A stretch of DNA of 64,000 nt. Origin: the human T2T-CHM13v2.0 reference genome, Homo sapiens. The notes under the pieces were generated by a model. The model did not search any database. It was given only the letters and a program-made list of their open reading frames with translations, and was not told where the DNA came from. Positions 1-12,370 of the stretch are shown here, piece after piece. The position numbers were made by a program, and so were the translations under genes. The stretch lies in the NCBI RefSeq assembly GCF_009914755.1, contig NC_060926.1; one strand, 5' to 3'. Position 1 is the first letter of the stretch, and each line of letters opens with the position of its first letter.

Positions 1-1079
1 CTGACAATCAGTGACAGAAATATTAAAAGGTCAAAAAATGAGTTACAATATATTCTTGTTTGTTATTATGTATTATAAAGATGTGGCTCGATGCAAGAAG
101 TAGAGGATACCAAAGGTTCACATCATTCTAGAAACAGGCTTCCAAGTAAATGCAGTTTGGATTATTTACTGGTATGAACAGCGTGAATTCCTCTGGAGCC
201 ATAGGCTTCTTTTGATTTGCACACTTTTTGAATAATACGCTTATGGACAAAGAACGTTTTGTCTCCATACTTGAGAAACCATGTGATGAGGGTGGAGTGG
301 GGGTTCAGGGGAGAAGCTTCTTTTTTTGAGAATTGCTTTCCCTGGGGTCTGGTGATTTCAAGTTGCTATTTGCACTGTAAAAGAAGGTCTTTGCAAACGT
401 GGTAGCTTTCATCTGCTGAGTGTACTTTCTTCTTATACTGTATAACTCTGTCATTCTCAGAGCATAGTAACATCTCCAGTTTCCTTACATCAAGTCCAGA
501 ATAACCCTTCTGTGAATTAAAAGCGCCATGCAAACTTGATATATTGATTTGACCTAATTTCCTTTTCCCAGCATTGGTTTATTCATTATGCTTTCCAGAC
601 TTTAGCTTTTGTTTTGTTTTTTATTCAATGGGAATTATTATTTAATTTGGGCTGCCTTATCTAGCAAAAATTCTTTCTCTATTACCCTCCCTCATTCCTT
701 CTTCCTGCCCCAGAGTGCCGGTGATTCATTCTGAGTTTTTCAGTCTCAAGTGGAAGCATTTTTTTTCTTCTGTGCTATAGGTTGACTAAAAGAAATACCA
801 CTCACTTTGGGCTTCCTACTCTCCTTTCTCTTTTACCTTTTGGGTCCAAAATATGGAACACGGTCAATGAAAAGAGGTGGCCCAGAATAACTGCTTTCCA
901 GGAAGCCATAAATCATGTGTGATTAAAGTAATTGGCAACAATAGAAAGAAAACATGTTCCTGCTTTGACTCTTTCATTTGCACATGAGAGGAAGCTGGTC
1001 ACCATTTGAGATCACCATAGGTTTATGAGAGATAATGCTTTATTTGAATAGAAAAATGAAGCCTCTTACTTGTCCCTTG

Positions 1080-1335
1080 AGAATGTGGGGCTCAGCAAGT
1101 GATATTATATGGCCACGTCACCCTGCTGAAATGTTCGTTTATATGGCTTCTAAACGAGGGGTGCTTCGCCAGGGACTTTGACCCATGACTGTGCACATAG
1201 CTTTACCCCCTTGCCGTCTGGGTGATTGTGGCTATTTCCAATATGGGCAAGTGTTATATGATTATTTTATCTCTTACTGTAAAGCGTTTTGAGAGCCTTT
1301 GTATGAGAGGCAATATAAAAATAAATTGAATTGAA
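1080..1335 (+). mobile_element. Ancient L2-clade LINE/SINE 3' end (AmnL2/AmnSINE/UCON-like; exact family not assigned)
   Basis: 1277-1335 CTGTAAAGCGTTTTGAGAGCCTTTGTATGAGAGGCAATATAAAAATAAATTGAATTGAA resembles the L2-clade tail (GTAAAGCGCTTTG...AGGCGCTATATAAA plus TTGAA repeats); the 5' boundary is a guess based on CpG-retaining sequence. Confidence 0.5.
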
Positions 1336-1472
1336 CTATGGCTTCACCTCCTCACTTTTTAGTGCAGAAACCTTTAGAGCAAAAAGTGCAGAGCTGTGAC
1401 AAAGGACAAGATTAAGACGATGTCAGGAAAATGGTTAGCTCTGGAGAGCCCTGACCCTGCAGGAGGAGTTTG

Positions 1473-1543
1473 AGACAGAGAGAGACAGAGAGAGACAGAC
1501 AGAAAGAGAGAGAGAGAGTGAGAGAGTGTGTTTGTGTGTTTGT
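1473..1543. repeat. Compound (GA)n/(GACA)/(GT)n microsatellite
   Basis: Read directly: gagacagagagagacag...gagagtgtgtttgtgtgtttgt. Confidence 0.9.
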
Positions 1544-3133
1544 CACACTTTGGCTATGTGTTATTTAATGTCTCTGCACAACTAGAGAAAATCACATTTG
1601 TATTTTTATTAAGTTAGTCATTTTGAATCATGAGAGATACAGAATCTACCTGAAGCTAATGCATTTCTACTAAGACAAGGCTTGTTAATTATACAAATAT
1701 ATCTTTTACATAACATATTACGGTGCATTAAAAGCTGCCTGGTTAGTCTCTGAAGGGCCAAGGTCGGAACCACATCATCTAACTTTCAGAATCGACAACT
1801 GTAATAATTTTTCTTTTAAAATAAAATAATCTTGGCTTAGGGTAATAGGTTTTTCCTGCAGAAATATGATTTTGTGTTTTATGACACTGCATCAATACAT
1901 TATTTTAATAAATGGCTCTTGGTTCACCAGAAGTGCTGTATTTTGACAATATCAGCCAACCTTTTCATTTGTTTAAGCAGGAAAAGTAGGGTGCCAAAAT
2001 AAAGCTACTCCAGAAGAACATCTCAAGAATGTTTATGAAAACTGTTACAGCTACACTTATTAGAGTTAAAGCATAGTTCTAATTTGTCATGCAGAATTCC
2101 AGGGAAGTGAGTAATTTCTATATTTCTCTAAATGCCAGTGTTTCATATTTTGAGGTAACAATTTTGCTTGTAAATATGAAACTAGCAACATAGACTGCAA
2201 TGTGACAAAATATATCAGAGATTCGTCATTATCTGGCAATAGTTGTTGGATGTGTTTGCTGCCATGCCACGAGGTTTCTTAGGAAAGTAAGTTGGGGAAT
2301 GGAAAGATTTATCACCCCAAGTTATCTGACAATAGGCTTAATTTTAAAAAATTATTCAAATTATAATATTTCTCAGTGGTTAGGTCTTTGGGGGATGGCT
2401 TCCCCCACCCACTCCTCACAACCCAGAGCCTTCTCTAGCTTTCCTTGTTCCTGTCTCCATGGAGGCATTCTGAGACTCTGTAGCATTTTCATCCATAGAA
2501 GTTCAGGCTGATTTCAAGATTGTAACCACACTGACTGTTAAATTACCAAAATACAGAGAGAAAATATCTTCCTGTACCCGGAGTCTTGCTTACAACATTG
2601 CAGAGGGTGCTTTCCTCTGTAGATTTGTTGTTTATTACTCCTTTTTATCTAAAGCTCTCATCAATATTTTTGCATAGTGAGTCAGATTCTCCCAGGTATC
2701 CTGGGGATACATGGGAACATTATTATCTCCAGGCAGTAAATGGTCCCTCTGGGGCCTGAAACAATGAATACCCCTTCAAAGGTGCTTATTATCTTAGGAT
2801 GGCATGGAGACACTAACAGTCATTCATTTTTGTGTCCATTCTGCTTTGTGGAACAATATGCTCTGGTTCAGAGAAGGGATGCTTCCCCACCCCAGAAAAA
2901 AGACAACAGATGAGTGTGTGTATATAATAGAATATATATATATGCATTTCTTTTTCAAGTGACTCATTTTTATACAGAATGCAGTTTAAACACAGAAGCA
3001 GGCAAAGAGCTCAGGAATGAGACGGGGGAGCGGCGTATTTTGCAATTTACTAAGTTATAGGTCCTAACAAGGCATTTGTATTTCCTCCCCCAGAATTGTA
3101 TTTATTTCCTCTGTAGACCATGACTCCATTTCT

Positions 3134-3430
<297 letters not shown>

Positions 3431-3589
3431 CATGACTCCATTTCTAAATGCGTTGATCCACAGGTAAAGTTATAGTCTGAGGCTTTGCTCTATCACCTTT
3501 GTTCTCTTTCCTCCTCCTCTGCACTTACCCAGTGACTTCCTACTACCATGCTCACACCTCCTAGGTACCAGGCACATGACCATTTACTT

Positions 3590-4050
3590 TTGCTCAAATA
3601 TGCCAGGTGTTTTCATGCCTTTGGGTCTCTGTTCATGCTGATCTCTAGGACTGAAATCACTTTAATCATCTCCGAGTATTGAAAACTCACTCATCTTCAA
3701 GTCTTTCCCCATTCAAAGTAGCAGAAATGAGCCTCAGGTTTCCATTTGCAAAATGGGAAATATATAATATCCCCTTCCTACAGTGGCTATGACAATAAAA
3801 TGAAAGCGTGTGTTTGACACTGTCTAGTAAAATGCCCTGGTGTTCTTTTAATAAATCACTGCTTCCCTGAGAACCAGGAGCACTTTGTACTTAAAACGCT
3901 TTTCCTCTGCGTACACAGACAGATGGAAATATCTTTTTCTATCCCTTGTAGGCCTCGAGGAAACACTAGCATTATTTATCTATAAGTAAATAATACTTAT
4001 ATATTTGAGCATATAGACCTGTGGGAACTTAGTAAATATTTGATAAAATG
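3590..4050 (+). mobile_element. L2 3' fragments interrupted by a MIR (about 3728-3845)
   Basis: L2-like catgcctttgggtctctgttcatgctg...tcatcttcaag and tail ttagtaaatatttgataaaatg; MIR core gagcctcaggtttccatttgcaaaatggg. Confidence 0.55.
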
Positions 4051-5177
4051 TTCAGTGTCACAACTATCCCAAATGTTCCAGTGTATATTCTTGGGCAATT
4101 TAAATCAGTACCAATTGAACTTGAAGTTAGTCCAAGTCACTAAGTTTGTTCTTACCCCAATGACTGTTCTTTGAACAGACTCTGACAGAGAGGCATGGTA
4201 TATGACATACACCTGTGCAATTTTTTGCTGCTGCATGATTTTCTCACAGAAACACAGCTCAGTGATGAATTGTTGTATGCCTAGAAATGGAACTTCACTT
4301 ACAGGATCTTCTGGTATTGTGGGCCCCACCTTTACTGCTTCATTTGTGGCAGTCTTTGAGCTGGTCTGACTATATTTTCAGATAGCAGTGCCATGAGCAA
4401 AAGGTTAAAGCTGCATAGTGTGAGTGGCCCTTTACTTCAAGTAGCTTCCCTGCATGTAATAATTACGACACAGAGGAAGAAGGCAGCAATTAAAACAGGT
4501 CACTTTAGTATTGCCACATGGCAGCTGGCTGAGCATAACATGATATGCACACATGCACAAGACTTCCAGAGGTGTGGTAGGCTCCTTTAACAGAATTTCA
4601 AGACTGGTCAGTATAACTGTCTTTGCTCATTAATGGAGCCATCTGATCCATTCACAAAGATGAGGCCCAGAGACTCAGGTTTTTCTCCATGTTACTTAAG
4701 CATCCTGTGTGATATCAACTGACCAGCTGGTGGAACACAAAAAACAAAACAAAACAAAAAAGATTTCTGTCTTTCAAAAATCTGTCTAAAAACACCTCTT
4801 GATTTGTTTTCTAAATTTTGCATATTTATAAACACCCTTGTTCTTCCCCCCCTCAGGGGAGCTGACTTCTTCAAAATGTGTGTGGAAAGCTCAATTTTTG
4901 TATTGGCAGCTTCATGTCCAGCCCAAAAACCACATCCCACAAACCATTGAGAGAGGCAGGATAACCCTCAGGATGCCGTCTTTAGATTGAGATCACCTGG
5001 CTCTGAAAAAGCCTGCTCTGGACCTAGTCATTTTAGGTTTAAACCTTGCGAAACTCAGTTTCCCCAAATTGCACATACCCGTATCTCTCACCTCTGCCAA
5101 TCAAACCCACAAATTTAAAAAGGGTTTGAAGGAAGGAAAAGACCACCAAATCCTTCCAAAGATCCATGGGAGTGAGT

Positions 5178-5356
5178 CTGTCTGTCTGTCTTTCTTTCTT
5201 TCTTTCCTCCTTTCCTTTCTCCTTCCTTCCTTCCTTCCTTCCTTCCTTTCCTTTCCCTTCCCTTCCCTTCCTTTCCTTTCCGTTTCCTTCCTTCCTTCCT
5301 TCCTTCCTTCCTTCCTTCCTTCCTTCCTTCCTCCTTTCCTTCCTTCTTTCTTTTTT

Positions 5357-5412
<56 letters not shown>

Positions 5413-5423
5413 TTTCTTTCTTT
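5178..5423. repeat. Compound polypyrimidine STR (TCTG)n(TTCC)n(TTTC)n
   Basis: Read directly; about 245 bp of nearly pure pyrimidine on the + strand. Confidence 0.97.
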
Positions 5424-7521
5424 CAAAATAAAACAAAACAAACATTGAATTACAGTTAGATTCCCAGGCCAGGGGTTTTCAAGTTCTCACATGTCTCAAT
5501 GAAAGTCAGCCTAATTGGTATAAATCGGACTTTTGTATTATAGATATCCAAGTATGATGAGTTATATTATGATACATTTCAGTGAGTCAGATACACTCTA
5601 TTCAATGGTATGTTTAAGAAAAAAATAAACCTGCTTCATTTCTTCATTAGAGGATGCTTATTTATAGTGCAATATATATCTACCTCCACTGTAACATTAA
5701 CGTTTTGACTGCTTTTTAACTATAAAATTTGATATTGTTGTGGCAGCTGCACTATTCAAATGATAGCTGTAGTACAGCTGTTATCAGTGAGGGAAATTTA
5801 TAGCTTCCTTACACAGATAAAGATATGTGCATATTTACTTTTAGTTTTACTGCTGGTGTCCTATATTTTAATGACACGAGGTGAGATAAAAGAATATTAT
5901 AATGAAGAAGTTCTTTAATTCTGCAAATACAAACTCCACACTTCATATGAAACCCTGTTGTAACTTTCTATAAATTCCCAGTCTTTTCCTTCAGTGAAAC
6001 AGCCTATATCCATAAAGATCTTATATCCCGTAAGTTTACAAAGTTTGTTTTTGGCATTTCTTTTACATCAAAGGCTGGATAGAAGAAAAAGGGAAGGAGA
6101 AGGAGAGAAAAAAGTGGAGAGAGAAAGAGGGAAATGAGTGAGTAACCTAAAAGCAGTTACAACAGTTTTTAAATTTTGGTACCTAATTCCTCAAGGAAGT
6201 TAGTTGATTTGAAATTTTAGATTCAACTTCAAGTCAGTTTGGAAGCATACAGCTTGCCATTCAGTAGACAGTAAAGAAAAGGAGCAGAAAGTTGAAAACA
6301 TTGTTTTCTCCAACTGACTATGTCTCTTGTTCTGTGTCTTACTATTGTCTTGAACCAATAACCTCATGACAGATGGGCAGAATCAAGAGCTCTTGGCAGT
6401 TTGGATCAGATCTGATAAGCATTCAGGTCTGTTTGGTATTGAAACAGAGTTGGAAATCACATGAAGACAGGCGTTCTCAGAAAAGTCCCATTACTGGGTA
6501 TTTTCTGAAGGGTTGAAAGTATTGCTAGAAGGGTCTTTGGAGTATTTGGGGTTTCATGATTGATATCAGGCAATACATAGGTGCCCAGTGCACTTTCAAA
6601 AGTATTAATCACACTCTTTAAAACAGAGGAAAGTTTGATCTGTTATTTCATTATCTCAAAGCCCAGAAGTATCGCATATACTCATACCCTCCTCTCAGTT
6701 TTCTGTTCAGACTTGTGGCTTTAAAATGCATTATTTCTATTTACATATGAATAAACCTGTGAACTTAGCAAATACCAGTGCCCTATGGCATATGGGGTTT
6801 AAGGGAACATATCTAAATCTCCCAATTACCAGATAAGTATTTTACAGCTCTCAAAATTTCATCACATACATATTAGAAAATAAATTGGCAATTCAAAAGT
6901 TATTCAGTAAGCAGATCAGGTAATTTTACCTGTATTTATAGAAAATGAAAGCAGAAATCCTCATTATCTGTTCCTTCTATGGCTCAGTAATTGGATGGAA
7001 GCTTTGTTAGTATTTTAAGCTAATTTAATGTAGTAGGGATTGACTTTTGCACTAGAGTCTTATCTAGTTATTGTTCTTCATTCTTCAGTCATATGCAAAC
7101 CACATTTCTACTAAATATGTATCAAACTGCAACTTCTAAAAAGTTCATAGGTGTCTTCTTAATAAAGTCCAAATTGCTGCCTTTCTGAATTAGACAAGAC
7201 AGTTCTGGTATATGAATTATCGTTCCTGTAATAATTGCCTGCAACTGAGTAACACATGGAGAACATCTTCAGTAAATATAGAAATATCTGAGTTTGCTAA
7301 ATAGTCTTTGCACTGTTTCATGATAAAGCTATGCCAGTCAATTAATTCAGCTCTCGGGGATGTGAACACATAGTACAGCATATACTGAAACGAGGGAATT
7401 GGGATCTGCAACTTAGAACAAATTAGACATCTTTAGGAGTCAAGCAGATATTCAATTGCCATCTTATTTCTCCACGCAATAAATGTCTTGGTTTAAAAAT
7501 ATTTATCAAGAATATGAATAA

Positions 7522-7873
<352 letters not shown>

Positions 7874-8349
7874 GGGTTTTTGGTTTTAATTAATATTTTA
7901 CCAGAGTCCATTTTAAAGACTATGGACATATGGGTTCTATTTTCAGGTGTTTTCTAAATAAATTTTCAGTGTGTATGGGTGCTTATGGTAATTTAGTTTT
8001 CTTGTTTATGTGAAAAAACCCTATAAAAATGCCAAATATCACACATTTCTATCCCAAATTTTAATATCAAACCTTAGAACTGACAGCACTTATCAAAAGT
8101 ATGAAATTTTCCTTAGAGTAATACAGATGAGAAAACTTCTGGTGAAGAAAAAATCACCACATGAATAAGATCATAAATATATTTAAATTATTTTTGTCAG
8201 GTGCTTAACTGTATTTCATCCTAAAATGAGTCCTGTCAATGGATTAAAAGTAATGACATCTTTGCTGTTATAAATCCAACATGAAACATACAATCATGTA
8301 GGTTTATTTAGAATTTGAGTTTAACAATTTGAGTGCTAATTTATTTGCT

Positions 8350-8660
<311 letters not shown>

Positions 8661-8765
8661 TTGTTTTTATTTTCTAGAAATTCTACTGCCTAAAGTTCTG
8701 CAAGTACTTGATTGATTGATTGATTTCAATGTAATCTATACTTTCTCCACTCAGTTGGGTCAATC

Positions 8766-9093
8766 TTTTTTTTTTCTTTTTTCTTTTTCTTTTCTTTTTT
8801 TTTTTTTTTTTTGAGACGGAGTCTCAATCTGTTGCCCAGTCTGGAGTGCAGTGGTGCAATCTTGGCTACTGCAACCTCCACCTCCTGGGTTCTAGCCATT
8901 CGCCTGTCTCAGCCTCCTGAGTAGCTGGGATTACAGGTGCCCACCACCATGCCTGGCTAATTTTTGTATTTTTAGTAGAGACATAGTTTCACCATGTTGG
9001 CCAGACTGGTTTGGAACACCTCACCTCAGGCGATCTGCCTGCCTCAGCCTTCCAAAGTGCTGGGGTTACAGGCATGAGCCACTATGCCCGGCC
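8766..9093 (-). mobile_element. Alu (AluSx-like)
   Basis: Long T-rich tail followed by a full reverse Alu ending atgcccggcc. Confidence 0.96.
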
Positions 9094-9569
9094 AATCATT
9101 TTTAATTGGATCATCTGATCACTGGCTATTTATTAACTGCAACTTAAGTAAACTAGCATTTATCCAATTTCAATGTTTGAAGGAGTTTGTAAATGGTCTC
9201 CATATAAAGCAGGCAGGAAAAGTTGAAGGATTGACATTTTTTCAAATGCATTTTCAGTTAGAGTGAGTTGTCTCTTTTCTCACAAAGAATGGCTGCATTA
9301 TTCTTTGCTTCCAGGTTGTGACTGCATTTGAGGATGAGTCAGTGGGGAGTGGTGGTGTGAAAAGATCATTGAGAAACCCTGGTTCTCTCCTGGGAATTTG
9401 AAAGCATCATAGTATGCAATTCCTACAGCAAGCCTAGAAAATAGTAGAATTGGGCATGCTGGGTAACTAAAGATTAGAGAAGCTAGGTAATTTTATGTAT
9501 TGCTATCTAGCTTATAAGATACACAGTGAAAATTCAGGAGCTACCAGAGATTCATTGAGACTTTAGAGA

Positions 9570-9881
9570 AATGCTCTCTGGTAGACAGATGTCAGCCACA
9601 AATACAAGCGAGCCAAATATGTAATGTTAAGTTTTCTAGTCACATTCAAAAGAGTAAAGGGAATCAGGTGAAATTAATTTTGATACTATACTTTATTGAA
9701 TATACCTACTTTTAATTTCAACATATAAGAATAAAAATTATTAATGAGATATTTCTATTATTTTTTTCATGCTAAGTCTTCATAGTTCAGTGTGTATTTT
9801 CACTTATAGCATATCTTGGTTTCGAGCCAGTCACATGTCAAGTGCTCAATGTGGCTAGTGGCCCTCGTATCAGACAGCATA
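9570..9881. mobile_element. MER33 (hAT-Charlie non-autonomous DNA transposon)
   Basis: caggtgaaattaatttt...aaaattattaatgagatattt...caagtgctcaatgtggctagtggc...gacagca follows the recalled MER33 consensus. Confidence 0.85.
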
Positions 9882-10164
9882 ACCTTAGAGTCCTTGAGAG
9901 GCCAAAAGTAGCACAGATAGTATTGTTATTGATTGACTAGTGATCATTGTACTAAATAGCCAAGAATTCCAGAGAAAAATGGACCTACTGGCATAGGCAT
10001 TCCCTTTGGGCTATGTAGTGAAGGGCTGGTCTTATTAGGGAAGAAAATAAGTGTTCTAAGGGAACATGCTACTTAAATAAATTGGAGCAAGGTAAGCACA
10101 GAAAGAGTATACAAGTTTGCTGGCTGCTGGTGCTTGGGAGACATAGTTTCCCAGCTTCATAATC

Positions 10165-10250
10165 TTATTAATGTATTCAACAAACATTGTTAAGTGCTAT
10201 TGTGCCTGAACTGTACTATATACTGGAAATAAAATATAGTGCCTGTCTAG
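10165..10250 (-). mobile_element. L2 3' end fragment
   Basis: attcaacaaacattgttaagtgctattgtgcc is the reverse complement of the L2 tail. Confidence 0.6.
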
Positions 10251-10434
10251 CCCATTGGCCCAAGAGACCTGTCTCCTAGTCCATAATGTACCATCATGCA
10301 CATTCAGAGATAGAATGACAAGTTGCTATAAAACTGGAGATCAACAACTATACTATGGGACTGATAGACCATACCAGCTATACAAGCTAGCTCTATTCCA
10401 GAGATACTACATATACATATGTTACATGTATATA

Positions 10435-10435
<1 letters not shown>

Positions 10436-10483
<48 letters not shown>
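10436..10483. repeat. (CA)24 microsatellite
   Basis: Read directly. Confidence 0.99.
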
Positions 10484-10486
<3 letters not shown>

Positions 10487-10714
10487 CATTCAATTCAGCA
10501 AGGAAAAGAAAAACAGTAAAAATATTGACCAGGACCACTTGGCTTCCATAGCTGGGGAGATTTTAGACACCGAGAAGAGGGACTGACAGTAAAATATGTT
10601 CACACTTGTGGAGGATATAGGTATTTTATGGCTAGTGTAATTAATTAGTAACTCTGCATATAATTTAACCATAGTGGTTTTTAACTTCTCTTCCAATAAT
10701 TTGTTTTTTAAGGC

Positions 10715-11076
10715 TTTCCTCACCAATAAAATGAAATAAGATGCACCTACCTCCTAGGGTTGCTGTAAAAATAAATGAATTAAGAGCACACCTCTGGTGT
10801 CTAACAGCCGGGGTTCAAACCCTGGATCTGCCTCTTATTCTCTATCTTATTTGGGTCAAGTTACTGGGGGTTCAAATCCTGAATCTGCCTCTTATTCTCT
10901 ATGTTATTTGGGTCAAATTACTGGCCCTCTGTGTTCTTGAGTTACATCTACTGTGAAATGAGGATAATGATGCTTCTTACTCACAGGTTTTAGTGAGGAT
11001 TAAATTAATGGATATTTTCAGAGGGATTAGAACATTGCCTAGCTCTTAGTTTCAATGGATATTAGTTATTATCATT
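10715..11076 (+). mobile_element. Two adjacent MIR fragments; the second has a 57-bp internal tandem duplication
   Basis: MIR motifs cctacctcctagggttgctgt, gggttcaaatcctg, ctgtgaaatgaggataat and gtgaggattaaat; duplicated unit at 10811-10867 and 10868-10924. Confidence 0.8.
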
Positions 11077-11079
11077 AAA

Positions 11080-11452
11080 GTTACCTGGGGGAACTTTTAA
11101 ATAATACACACCTTAATTCTTTCTTATATCTCCTGAATTAGCCTCTCAGGAACCTCTAGTGTTTGTGAAGTTCCTCAGGAAATCTGAGGACAAGTGAGTT
11201 TGGAAATGACACTGAGGGATGGGGAAACAGGACTGCTGATGAAGCTGACCATCCTCAAGGTGAGCTGTCAATCATAACAGCAGTGGCTCTCATTTGAGCC
11301 CCACACTAGTATCATCTGGGAATTTTAAACATCTGGTTGCCCAGGCAGCACCCGGACCAATTAAATCAGAATAGTTGGAGGTGGCTCCCAGGCATCAGCA
11401 TTTTAAAAACTATCCACGTGGTAGCTGTGTGTAAATAAGGTAGAACACCTCT
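11080..11452. mobile_element. MER5-family (hAT-Charlie) fragments, about 11080-11214 and 11281-11452
   Basis: cagtggctctc...atcatctggg...gaccaattaaatcagaat...ccaggcatcagcattttaaaa...cctctg. Confidence 0.7.
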
Positions 11453-11757
11453 GATCTGAAGTATGTTTAAATTCTACATCCTAACATTTTTTTTAAAGAA
11501 AAATGCTTCTAAGGTTTTAGATGATGGCAAATTGACATAAAAATAGCACATTAAGAAGAACATTGTGAAAAGGGTGCTTAACTGACCCAGTGTTATCTTT
11601 CCCTGCCCTTTTTTATATGGATGAATAAAGACAGATAGTAGTTAATTGCTCTTCAGCTAGACCAAGGTCAGTCTTTTGTACTGCAGTCTTAGAACTAGGT
11701 TAAACAGGAAGGTATTACTTGTATCACTGTACTTAACCTTGACTTGGGTCATTTAAT

Positions 11758-11905
11758 GCAGTTTTCTAAACTTGCGCATCAGAATCACCTGGAGAGCAAT
11801 TTAAAACAGATTTCTCAGCCTTGCCTTCGAGGATTTTGATTTGGTGAGTTTAAGATGGGATCCGGAAATCTGAGTCACTTGAAAACTTTTCAAGTAATCC
11901 TAATG
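11758..11905. mobile_element. MER5A fragment
   Basis: gcatcagaatcacctggagagc...ttaaaacagatt is the MER5A signature. Confidence 0.75.
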
Positions 11906-12144
11906 GCATAATTATAATTTGCTATTTGCATCTAGTCAAGGTACTAATTGTGGCAAAACTGATGCTAATGTTAGTAATCAGAAAATATTGACATAATAAA
12001 GTAAAAACAATGGTTAATTGTTTCATTTCTGGCGTGTAATAAGCTAAATAGACTTGCCCAGTCCATGACTTACATAGAAGATGACTTTATCCTATAGCAT
12101 TTGGTGCTTAGTAACCAGTGGCATTAAATATCATGAATGACGTA

Positions 12145-12370
12145 TTAACAACAAAGATAGTCTTTTATTGAGCAATTTCTAGGCACCTTGATGGAGAATT
12201 AATCCTCCTAACAATCCTGTGGGATAAAAATTATTACTTCTGTCTTACAAATTAGGAAACAGAAGCCTCAAGTGGTTAAATAACTTAGTTACGTTCACAC
12301 AACGGGTAAAAACAATGGGAGCTGAATTAGAAGCCAGGTCTATGCCACTTCAAATCTAAGCTCATACCAT
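12145..12370 (-). mobile_element. MIR
   Basis: ttaatcctcctaacaatcctgtg...ttacaaattaggaaacagaagcctcaagtggttaaataactt is a reverse MIR core. Confidence 0.8.

Noticed and set aside
4262-4369. C box GTGATGA and D box CTGA suggesting a C/D snoRNA
   Set aside because: No terminal stem flanks the boxes and no rRNA guide is recognisable; such motifs are expected by chance.
5069-5459. Four ORFs of 97-120 aa (FLPS-rich and KERK-rich)
   Set aside because: They are translations of the TTCC/TTTC microsatellite, which has no stop codons.
7217-7411. 64-aa minus-strand ORF after a TTGCAG acceptor-like site
   Set aside because: Poor pyrimidine tract and no recognisable homology; chance ORF.
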